DNA from: Candidatus Coproplasma excrementavium
Lineage (GTDB): Bacteria; Bacillota; Clostridia; Christensenellales; Borkfalkiaceae
DNA: 48,635 bases
Direction of reading: 5' to 3'
Assembly: GCA_018715195.1 (NCBI GenBank)
Contig: DVMA01000006.1
Coordinates: 1 to 48,635, forward strand
Positions 19,226 through 26,871 of this stretch are shown one piece after another. How positions within the stretch are numbered: position 1 is the first letter of the stretch; every line of letters begins with the position of its first letter. The notes beneath the pieces were generated by a model. It was not told where the DNA came from. It ran no database searches and saw nothing but the letters and a program-made list of their open reading frames with translations. The translations under genes and the position numbers were made by a program.

Positions 19226-19372
19226 AAACTTATTATCTCCTTATAAAAAATATTTAACTTTTCAATGCGAAAAGGGGCTCTCTCATCTTCTCCCCTTCAG
19301 GTTACGGCTTTCGCCGCGCACCACCCGCACTTTTTATCAAAGGCGGGCGCCTTGCTGAAAATTTATACTGAA

Positions 19373-19401
19373 ATTATAGAATAAATAATTTATGCTGTCA
19401 A
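19373..19401 (-). promoter_or_regulatory. Consensus SigA promoter TTGACA-17-TATAAT of the GSIII gene
   Basis: Minus strand has TTGACA (19396-19401), a 17-nt spacer GCATAAATTATTTATTC, and TATAAT (19373-19378). This leaves a ~140-nt leader. Confidence 0.65.
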
Positions 19402-19618
19402 ATGATATGCACAGGGTTGATTTTCGCAACTTTTTATGTTTGATATAAGCACAAGTTATGGTAATTTGAATTTTACTTTGAGCTTTACACGCAAAAAAAG
19501 CGCCTTTTTTCGCCGCTTTGCGGGCATATGCTTACGCGCACAGACACGCGCCATGCGCGTGACACAAATTATAGTATACTTTTTATTGCGGCGTTGCAGA
19601 ACACGCCGTGCAAGTCCG

Positions 19619-19664
19619 CACATAAAAATTCCGCCGCGGGAATTTACCCTCTGCGGCGGAATTT
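19619..19664 (-). terminator. Possible terminator hairpin spanning the stop codon of the membrane-protein gene
   Basis: 12-bp arms AAATTCCGCCGC / GCGGCGGAATTT (19653-19664 and 19626-19637) with a 15-nt loop containing the stop, followed by TTATG. The long loop and short T-run make it only moderate. Confidence 0.4.
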
Positions 19665-20570
19665 AACCGAGCCGCGCGGTCTTGCGCCGCGCGCATTGAA
19701 TTTTATTTTTCTGCGACCGAAACGGTACCTTGTGAACAGATGCTTGAGTTTTGAAAAGAGCGACTTCACGTCCGAGGCGAAGTGACGGTGTTCCCAGTAC
19801 AGACACATTAAAAATCCCAGCGGACAGCCGAGTATTATCACGGGGCCGAGCTGCCACAGCGCGGGCGCATAGTACGGGTTCTGCGCGGACGGCCTGAAAA
19901 ACGGAGGCACGAACAGCAGTAAAAAGTTGAGCACACCCGTACCCTCAAGGTCGCTGTACGGGCCGAAGGCCAGTCCGCCGTTGCCGTGGTCTACGGAGAG
20001 CAGATACTTTGCCTGGTCCAGTCCGAACGCTACCAGCGCCACCTCGTTGAACACGATAACGACTAGAACAAGAATATATATGAGCGGAGTGAAAATTATT
20101 CTGCGGTAGTCAAGTCTGTGCAGTCTTAAAACGACCATCAGCATGGGCACGACCCACAGCACGGTATGGCAGAAATAGTAGCGCATGCAGTCGAAGTCGA
20201 AGGGCACGCTGTACTCAATGCTCATAGGCAGCCAGCAGGCCGCAATGCCGCTTATCGTGCCTATATAGAACATATAGTCGCGGAGCGCCCCTCCCTTTTT
20301 GAGAAAGAGGAAGGGGAAAATCATCGTATTTATAGCGCAGACATTTTCCGCCGTGATTTTTTGCATGGCGACATCGTAACTTTCGTCGCAGTAGGGCGGG
20401 AACAGCAGTTTTAAAAAATGCAGCGCAAAATTGAGCGCGAGCAGACAGAAGAGCACTATGCTCTGCACCCTTGCGCTTCTGCGGCGCAATATAAAATATA
20501 GAATAACGAAGAACGCGCCGCTCATCAGCGGAAAGAGATAATAGTACGGGTCGGAAAAATTTACTGTCAT
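19644..20570 (-). CDS. Polytopic integral membrane protein of unknown function (possibly YwaF/TIGR02206-like)
   Basis: 308 aa with about 8 hydrophobic segments and a plausible SD (AAGGGTG). The family assignment is from general resemblance only. Confidence 0.6.
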   Translation of the reverse strand: MTVNFSDPYYYLFPLMSGAFFVILYFILRRRSARVQSIVLFCLLALNFALHFLKLLFPPYCDESYDVAMQKITAENVCAINTMIFPFLFLKKGGALRDYMFYIGTISGIAACWLPMSIEYSVPFDFDCMRYYFCHTVLWVVPMLMVVLRLHRLDYRRIIFTPLIYILVLVVIVFNEVALVAFGLDQAKYLLSVDHGNGGLAFGPYSDLEGTGVLNFLLLFVPPFFRPSAQNPYYAPALWQLGPVIILGCPLGFLMCLYWEHRHFASDVKSLFSKLKHLFTRYRFGRRKIKFNARGARPRGSVKFRRRG

Positions 20571-20582
20571 ATCGCACCCTTA

Positions 20583-20620
20583 TGCGCCTGCCGCACAATT
20601 TTCTGCGTGCGGCAGGCGCA
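20583..20620. other. Perfect 14-bp GC-rich stem-loop without a U-tract, filling the aroA/membrane-gene spacer
   Basis: TGCGCCTGCCGCAC (20583-20596) pairs with GTGCGGCAGGCGCA (20607-20620) around a 10-nt loop. There is no T-run on either strand. Confidence 0.7.
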
Positions 20621-20622
20621 GC

Positions 20623-21846
20623 TTAAATCGTGAGTTCTTTAACAAGCCTGTCCAGCACTTCAAAGAAGTCGGCAAAGGTCTTGGAGCAGACCTGCGCGTT
20701 TTCAATCACCACTCCCTCCGAGCGCAGTCCCGTTACGGCAAAGCTCATTGCCACGCGGTGGTCGCCGAAGGTGTTTATGCGCGCGGGACGAAGAGCCGAG
20801 GGGAAGATTGTGACCGCGTCCGCCTCCTCTTCGCACTTTCCGCCGAGGGCGCGGACAGCTGAAACAATTGCGGCAATTCTGTCGCACTCCTGGCCGCGGA
20901 TATGGCCTGTTCCGCAAATATGCGTCGGCTGCGAAAAAAACGGAGCTATCGCCGCGAGAGTGAGCGCCTGGTCGGAAAATGAGGACATATCCACGCTTCC
21001 GCCATCGAAACCCGACTGCATAAGGCGGATGAACTGCATATCGCCCTGCATGCTGCGCTCGGGCAGGTTTTTAACGGAAATGTCCGTGCCGAGCACTCTG
21101 TTTGCGGCAGAAAAGTAGCACGCCGCCGACACATCGGGTTCGACTATATATTCGCGCGCGGAGTAACTTCCGCCCGCGTGCCACACGCCGTCCTCTTCCA
21201 CGGCGTACGCGCCGAACGAGCGCATGATGTCGGCCGTCATCTTCACATAGTCCATTCCATGAGTGCCCTCAACGGAGATTTTCAGTCCGCCCTCCGCACA
21301 GACGGAGGCCAGCATGAGCGCAGAAAGAAACTGACTGCTGCCGCTTATATCCACGCATAAATTGTTTTGCGGGTGAGAAGTTCCGTGCACCACGAAGGGG
21401 AAACTGCCCTCCCTTTCTTCAAATTCAAAGCGGGCGCCCGCCGAGGCAAGCGCGGAGAGCAGACGCCCCACTGGTCGGGACTTCATCTGCTGCGAGCAGG
21501 TGAGGCGGAAAGTGCCGTCCGTAAAGGCGAGCAGCGCGGTAATAAAGCGCGCCGCCGTGCCCGCGCTGCCGACATACACCTCTCCGCCGTCAGTTTTGAG
21601 CCTTCCGCCGCAGCCGCAGACCGTGACGTCCCTCCCCGATATTGCAACATCTATGCCCAGGCTCTTAAGACAGTTTATAAACGTGAGGCAGTCATCGGAA
21701 AGGCCCGCGCCGCGAAGTACGGACGTACCCGAGGAGAGCGCGGCGGCAAACAATGCGCGCGCCGTAATGCTCTTGGAGCCCGGTACTTCGACCACGGCCT
21801 CCCTTTTGTTTATTCTGCCGTAAATGCAGGGTACAGAGTAATCCAT
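20623..21846 (-). CDS. aroA: 3-phosphoshikimate 1-carboxyvinyltransferase (EPSP synthase)
   Basis: VPGSKSITARAL and GDHRVAMSFA motifs. Start placed at MDYSVPCIYG (ATG 21844-21846) behind an AAGGTGGA SD. The longer track ORF would run through an intergenic hairpin. Confidence 0.92.
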   Translation of the reverse strand: MDYSVPCIYGRINKREAVVEVPGSKSITARALFAAALSSGTSVLRGAGLSDDCLTFINCLKSLGIDVAISGRDVTVCGCGGRLKTDGGEVYVGSAGTAARFITALLAFTDGTFRLTCSQQMKSRPVGRLLSALASAGARFEFEEREGSFPFVVHGTSHPQNNLCVDISGSSQFLSALMLASVCAEGGLKISVEGTHGMDYVKMTADIMRSFGAYAVEEDGVWHAGGSYSAREYIVEPDVSAACYFSAANRVLGTDISVKNLPERSMQGDMQFIRLMQSGFDGGSVDMSSFSDQALTLAAIAPFFSQPTHICGTGHIRGQECDRIAAIVSAVRALGGKCEEEADAVTIFPSALRPARINTFGDHRVAMSFAVTGLRSEGVVIENAQVCSKTFADFFEVLDRLVKELTI

Positions 21847-21890
21847 ATTTTCCACCTTGCCGCGGGAAACAATCTCCGCAATTATTCCTA

Positions 21891-21923
21891 GGGCGCCGCC
21901 GCGCATAAGGCGCGGCGGCGCCC
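21891..21923. other. Perfect 14-bp GC-rich stem-loop without a U-tract between the U32 gene and aroA
   Basis: GGGCGCCGCCGCGC (21891-21904) pairs with GCGCGGCGGCGCCC (21910-21923) around a 5-nt loop. There is no adjacent T-run. Confidence 0.7.
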
Positions 21924-21962
21924 GTTAAAATTTAAGTTATTCAGGCCATATATGCGGCCGTT

Positions 21963-23162
21963 TTAAGCCTTTCTGCGGCGAAGAATGTCGCCCGCAGAGA
22001 GCGCAAAGGGACACTTTACGCGGTACACTTCCTGCACGAGCTTGCAGTCTGTCACGGGCTGACCGTCGTGCGTGAAGGCCTGCTCCACCACAAAGTTTTT
22101 GCCGAAATTTTCAGAGGGCGAAAGCACTTCCAGCACGTCGCCCGCGCGGAATCTGCCGCGCATTTCAACGAGCGCAAAACCCTCTTCATACCCTAAAACG
22201 TTGCCTATATAGTCGCAGTCGCCCTTGGCCTGACTGTCGGTATAGTTGACCGTCTGGTGGTTTTCGCCGAAGGCGTACGCCGTGGTATAGTCGCGGTGCG
22301 CCGCCGTGAGCAGTTCGCGCTCCACAACGGGCGAAAAGCCGCCGTCTATGCACCTGCGGTAGGCGTTTATGACCGTGGCGAGGTAATACTCGCTCTTCAT
22401 TCTGCCCTCAATCTTAAAGGAATATACGCCCGACTCGCGCATTTTATCGAGGTATGCGGACATATTCAGGTCCTTTGAATTGAGGATATATGCGCCCCTT
22501 TCGTCCTGCTCCATATCCAGCCAGCCGCTGTCGCTCTTGTCGTCCTTTTTTCTTATGCTGTAATTCCAGCGACACGCCTGGGCGCACTCCCCGCGGTTGG
22601 ACGGCCTGCCCGTAAGATAGTCTGAAAGAAGGCATCTGCCCGAATAGGATATGCACATTGCGCCGTGAACGAAGGCTTCAAGCTCCATATCGGGCACAAA
22701 GTCGTGAATTTCTGCAATTTCGGCAAGCGAAAGTTCGCGGGCAAGCACCGCGCGCGCCGCGCCCTGTTCGCGCCAGAATTTTACGGCGTACTTGTTGGTT
22801 ATGTTGGCCTGCGTGGATATGTGCACGGCAAGCTTTGGCGCGGCCTTTTTTGCCGCGTACAATACGCCGGGGTCGGAAATCAGCGCCGCATCCGCACCCG
22901 CCTGCTGAAGAAAGGCAAAGTAGTCCTCCATAAGAGCAAGGTCGCCGTTGCGCGCGTAGATGTTTACCGTAACATATACCTTTTTGCCGCGTTCGTGAGC
23001 GTATTTTACCGCCTCGGCCAGCTCCTCGCGCGAAAAATTATCGGCAAAGGAGCGCAGGGAAAAGTCCTTTCCGCCGAGGTACACGGCGTCCGCTCCGAAA
23101 TATATTGCCGTCTTCAGTTTTGAAAAATTGCCCGCGGGGGCAAGAAGTTCAACGTCTTTCAT
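21963..23162 (-). CDS. Peptidase U32 family protein (TrhP-like, candidate tRNA U34 hydroxylation factor)
   Basis: N-terminus MKDVELLAPAGN...GADAVYLGG is typical of U32. It is 399 aa with the C-terminal beta-barrel extension. It sits directly downstream of a TrmR-like methyltransferase. Confidence 0.85.
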   Translation of the reverse strand: MKDVELLAPAGNFSKLKTAIYFGADAVYLGGKDFSLRSFADNFSREELAEAVKYAHERGKKVYVTVNIYARNGDLALMEDYFAFLQQAGADAALISDPGVLYAAKKAAPKLAVHISTQANITNKYAVKFWREQGAARAVLARELSLAEIAEIHDFVPDMELEAFVHGAMCISYSGRCLLSDYLTGRPSNRGECAQACRWNYSIRKKDDKSDSGWLDMEQDERGAYILNSKDLNMSAYLDKMRESGVYSFKIEGRMKSEYYLATVINAYRRCIDGGFSPVVERELLTAAHRDYTTAYAFGENHQTVNYTDSQAKGDCDYIGNVLGYEEGFALVEMRGRFRAGDVLEVLSPSENFGKNFVVEQAFTHDGQPVTDCKLVQEVYRVKCPFALSAGDILRRRKA

Positions 23163-23218
23163 ATTATTTATTCAGGTTCCGCCGCACGTTATTAAAGCCA
23201 TGCCGCAAGTAAAAAATC

Positions 23219-23887
23219 TTATATCTGCCTCTTCACCGAGAGCGCTATTCCGTCCCCCACCCTTATCACCGAGGTGATAAGCTGCTCATCTGTTGACACG
23301 GCGCGCAGATATTCCTCTATGTGCAGGGCAAGCATTCTGCGCTTTTTGGGCACTTCGGCCTCGCCGCTGGCCCAGCCGAACAGAAGCACGTCGTCGGCAA
23401 TGAGCACGCCGCCGGAAGAGAGCAGCTCTTTAAGTCTGGGCAAATATTTTACGTACTGCACCTTTGCGCTGTCCAGAAAGATGAGGTCAAACGGGCCTTC
23501 AAGCTTTGAAATAACTTCGCCCGCGTCGCCTAAAATTGCATTTACGCGCGGGGATATGCCGCAGATATCAAAGTTTTTTACAGCCTCTCTGTAAAAATTT
23601 TCGTCACGCTCGACGGTGACTATCTGCGCCTGCGGACATACGTACGCCATCGCCGCGGCGGAAGTTCCCACCGCCGTGCCCAGCTCCAGTATGCGGGCAG
23701 GTCGGCGCGCCGCCGCCTGCGCCATTAAAAAGCACAGCGTTTCATCGCCCGCAACGGGAATTTCGCGCGCGAACGCTTCGCGGCGGATATTTTGAAGTTC
23801 GGGCGGGATATGCGGCACGTTGAACCGCGCCACCCCCGCCGAGCCGCTTGCGGACGTATCCCTGTGAGCGTAAGAAAAATCATCCAT
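23219..23887 (-). CDS. Class I SAM-dependent O-methyltransferase, family 3 (TrmR/YrrM-like)
   Basis: SAM motif ILELGTAVGTSA and the metal/substrate block DLIFLDSAK. Length is 222 aa. It starts 6 nt after the RNase J stop. Confidence 0.85.
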   Translation of the reverse strand: MDDFSYAHRDTSASGSAGVARFNVPHIPPELQNIRREAFAREIPVAGDETLCFLMAQAAARRPARILELGTAVGTSAAAMAYVCPQAQIVTVERDENFYREAVKNFDICGISPRVNAILGDAGEVISKLEGPFDLIFLDSAKVQYVKYLPRLKELLSSGGVLIADDVLLFGWASGEAEVPKKRRMLALHIEEYLRAVSTDEQLITSVIRVGDGIALSVKRQI

Positions 23888-23893
23888 GGTATT

Positions 23894-25945
23894 TTAAAGT
23901 TCCACAACCACGGGCACTATCATGGGCGACTGCTTTGTCTTTTTGAACAGATAATTTTTGAGCGTACGCTTGATTGCGCGCTTAAGCTCGTCCACGCTGC
24001 CTATGGAGAGGTCGTAACCCTCTATGGCATTTTTTATGACTTCGCGGATTTCCGCAATGTAGTCCTTGTGGAATCCGAAGATAAAGCCGCGGCTGTTCAC
24101 TGCGGGTTCGCCTATGACTTCGCCGCCCGATACCACCACCGAAACTATGAACAGACCGTCCGCCGCAAGCTGACGCCTGTCCTGCATCACCGTGGAGGCT
24201 TTTTCGTCCTCTATGCCGTCGCCGTCAATCAGACGGGAACCCGCGGGCACGTTGTCGCCGCGGCGCATCGTTTCGGAAGTGAGCATTACGCAGTTGCCTA
24301 TGTCGGGCAGGAATATGTTGCCCTCATTCATGCCCAGTTCGTGCGCAAGCTCCGCGTGCTCCTTGAGGTGACGGTATTCGCCGTGCACGGGTATGAAGAA
24401 CTTGGGCTTTAACAGTCTGTGCATTATTTTATGCTCTTCGCGGCAGGCGTGGCCCGATACGTGTATGTTTTCCAGACTCTTATACACAACGTTTGCGCCC
24501 TTGCGGTAGAGGTTGTTTATAACTCTGTAAATGTCCCTCTCGTTTCCCGGAATGGGCGATGCGGAAATTATTATCGTGTCGTTATCGCCCACGGTGACGG
24601 CGGGATTTTCGCCGTTGGCCATGCGGGTGAGCGCGCTCATGGGCTCGCCCTGGCTGCCCGTGGATACGATTACCAGCTCGCTGTCCGCCAGTTTTTTGGT
24701 GCGCGCCACGTCCACAAGCACGCCTTCGGGTATGTTGAGGTCGCCAAGCTTTTCAGCGGCGTCCACAACGTTGAGCATGCTCCTGCCCGAGAGCGCAACC
24801 TTGCGCTTATACTTTACTGCAAGGTCGACTATCTGCTGCAGGCGGTGCACATTGGAAGCGAACGTTGCTATTATTATTCTGCGGGTGGAATTTTCGTTGA
24901 ACAGTCTGTCCAGAGTGCTTCCCACCGTCTTTTCGCTCATCGTGTAGCCGGGGCGCTCTATGTTGGTGCTCTCGCCGAGGTACAGAAGTACGCCCTTTTC
25001 GCCTATATCCGCAATAGTCTTTAAATCAATGGGTTCGCCCGCCACGGGGGTTAAGTCTATCTTGAAGTCGCCGCTGTGGAAGATAAGGCCCTGCGGCGTA
25101 TCTATCGCAAGCGCCAGCGCGCCCGCTATTGAGTGGTTTACGTTTACAAACAGAACGTTGAAACAGCCGAGCTTGATTCTGTCGCCGGGGGAAACGATTA
25201 TCTCCTCCGTGTCGTTTATGCGGTGTTCGCGCAGCTTGTTATCCACAAGCGCGAGCGTGAGCCTTGTGCCGATTACGGGCGCCTTTATTTCGCGCAGGAA
25301 ATAGGGCACGCCGCCTATGTGGTCCTCGTGTCCGTGGGTGAGCAGAAGTCCCCTTATCTTGGACTTGTTTGCCACAAGATAGGAGATGTCGGGCGCAACG
25401 AGGTCTATGCCGGGGAGCTCCTCCGAAGGGAAGATTATGCCCGCATCTATTATGATTATGTCGTCGCCATACTCTATGGCGGTCATGTTTTTGCCTATTT
25501 CGCCCACGCCGCCGAGGAAGATGATTTTAACCTGCTTTTCGCGTCTGGAACGCGTTCTGCGTGCAGGCTTTGCGCTCTTTTCCGAAAAAGTGTTTTCCAT
25601 AGGCTCGCCGCTCTGTTCGGCAAAAGTCTCACCAGACTTTTTTGAGCGCTGTTTTTTATCGTCCGAAAGCTTTTTCTTGCCGCGCGGCTTTTTTTCCGTT
25701 TCGGCAGATTCAGCGGCTGCGGAAATCTCTTCCGACTCCTGCTCTTTGCGCTCGCCGCCCTTTGCGGGCTTTGCAATGCGCTTTTTCGAGCGGCGCTCGC
25801 TCCTCTTTTCGCCGCTCTGAACGTTTGCCGCGGGCGCGGACTGTTCAGAAATGGTTTCGGCGGGTTTTTCAGACTTATTTTCCGCCCCCATATCGGCAGA
25901 GTTGCCGAGGAACAGAAAGCGCGAAAGACCGCCGCCGAGCGTCAT
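23894..25945 (-). CDS. rnj: Ribonuclease J with ~138-aa basic low-complexity N-terminal extension
   Basis: The beta-lactamase/beta-CASP core starts at VKIIFLGGVGEIGKN with LLTHGHEDHIGG. Start chosen at ATG 25943-25945 (GGAGG-8-ATG). Upstream in-frame TTG/GTG starts (to 26053) cannot be excluded. Confidence 0.88.
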   Translation of the reverse strand: MTLGGGLSRFLFLGNSADMGAENKSEKPAETISEQSAPAANVQSGEKRSERRSKKRIAKPAKGGERKEQESEEISAAAESAETEKKPRGKKKLSDDKKQRSKKSGETFAEQSGEPMENTFSEKSAKPARRTRSRREKQVKIIFLGGVGEIGKNMTAIEYGDDIIIIDAGIIFPSEELPGIDLVAPDISYLVANKSKIRGLLLTHGHEDHIGGVPYFLREIKAPVIGTRLTLALVDNKLREHRINDTEEIIVSPGDRIKLGCFNVLFVNVNHSIAGALALAIDTPQGLIFHSGDFKIDLTPVAGEPIDLKTIADIGEKGVLLYLGESTNIERPGYTMSEKTVGSTLDRLFNENSTRRIIIATFASNVHRLQQIVDLAVKYKRKVALSGRSMLNVVDAAEKLGDLNIPEGVLVDVARTKKLADSELVIVSTGSQGEPMSALTRMANGENPAVTVGDNDTIIISASPIPGNERDIYRVINNLYRKGANVVYKSLENIHVSGHACREEHKIMHRLLKPKFFIPVHGEYRHLKEHAELAHELGMNEGNIFLPDIGNCVMLTSETMRRGDNVPAGSRLIDGDGIEDEKASTVMQDRRQLAADGLFIVSVVVSGGEVIGEPAVNSRGFIFGFHKDYIAEIREVIKNAIEGYDLSIGSVDELKRAIKRTLKNYLFKKTKQSPMIVPVVVEL

Positions 25946-26333
25946 AGGAGTGCCCTCCGAAGGTTTGCCTATGCGACCCGTACGAAGTTTTCTTGTAGTT
26001 TTTTTATCGTTCTTGTTGTCGTTTTCCAAATTGTACTCTCCCCCGACGCGCACCCCTTTACGTCGGCAAATTTTTGTTGTTGAATGCGGCCTGAATGCCG
26101 CGGCGCCGCTTCCGGCGTTTGATGCGGGTGCTTATGTAAGATATACAGACGGACAAGGCGTCAGATCCGTGCAGGCGCGTGTCTCTTTCCGGAAACGGAC
26201 AGACGCGAAAAAGGTCTGTATGCAAATTTCCATTTGCAAAAGCGGCCTTTGAACATTAAGCCGCAACACAAAGCGACGCTGCACGAAAAATTTTGCCGCG
26301 TGCTTTTATATGCCCGCCTTTTGAATGAAAGAC

Positions 26334-26375
26334 GGAAAAATATTTTCACCGACCGCATTGCGCGGGGGTCGGTGA
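26334..26375 (-). terminator. Hairpin plus U-run inside the long rnj upstream region (attenuator or sRNA terminator candidate)
   Basis: 9-bp stem TCACCGACC / GGTCGGTGA (26346-26354 and 26367-26375) with a 12-nt loop. On the minus strand it is followed by AAAATATTTTT. Confidence 0.4.
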
Positions 26376-26607
26376 CCTCACAAAAGGTCTGACTTTTTCA
26401 GACGTCTTGTGAATTCACCTTTCACAGAAATAAAATTTTACCGCTGAACTGTTTTCGGTCGCAAAGATTTTAGAAATAAACTTGCAAATTATAAAGACTG
26501 AAGTTTTACGCCAAGCCTCAAACATTCTTAAAAAACAGCAGTCATACACATAATGAATGTATGAGCAAAACTCCGACGCGATATAACTCTTCCGCCAAAA
26601 CGCAAAG

Positions 26608-26637
26608 ATTATAACACAACGGCAGGCAAAAGCGCAA
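26608..26637 (-). promoter_or_regulatory. Candidate promoter TTGCGC-18-TGtTATAAT in gene-free DNA upstream of rnj
   Basis: Minus strand has TTGCGC (26632-26637), an 18-nt spacer, and TATAAT (26608-26613) with an extended -10 TG. Confidence 0.4.
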
Positions 26638-26818
26638 GCGTTAACAAAGAGTAATTTATATGCCGTAAAAACGCCCGAAACAATATGAATGAAACTTTAA
26701 GACTGCAAACAAAGGAAAAAAATTTTCTGTAGTCAGACGTAATTATTGCGCCATTTTCAGACGACAAGGACGCAACAAACCAGGGCGACGCATAATTTTG
26801 CCGCAAAACACAGCATAC

Positions 26819-26848
26819 GGGGGTTGATAAAAAAGCATATCAACCCCC
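26819..26848 (-). terminator. Probable terminator of the giant acidic protein gene
   Basis: 11-bp stem GGGGGTTGATA / TATCAACCCCC with an 8-nt loop, 24 nt after the stop. The minus-strand tail GTATGCTGTGTTTTG is only moderately U-rich. Confidence 0.55.
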
Positions 26849-26871
26849 TTAGTAAATGCTGTTTTTAATTT

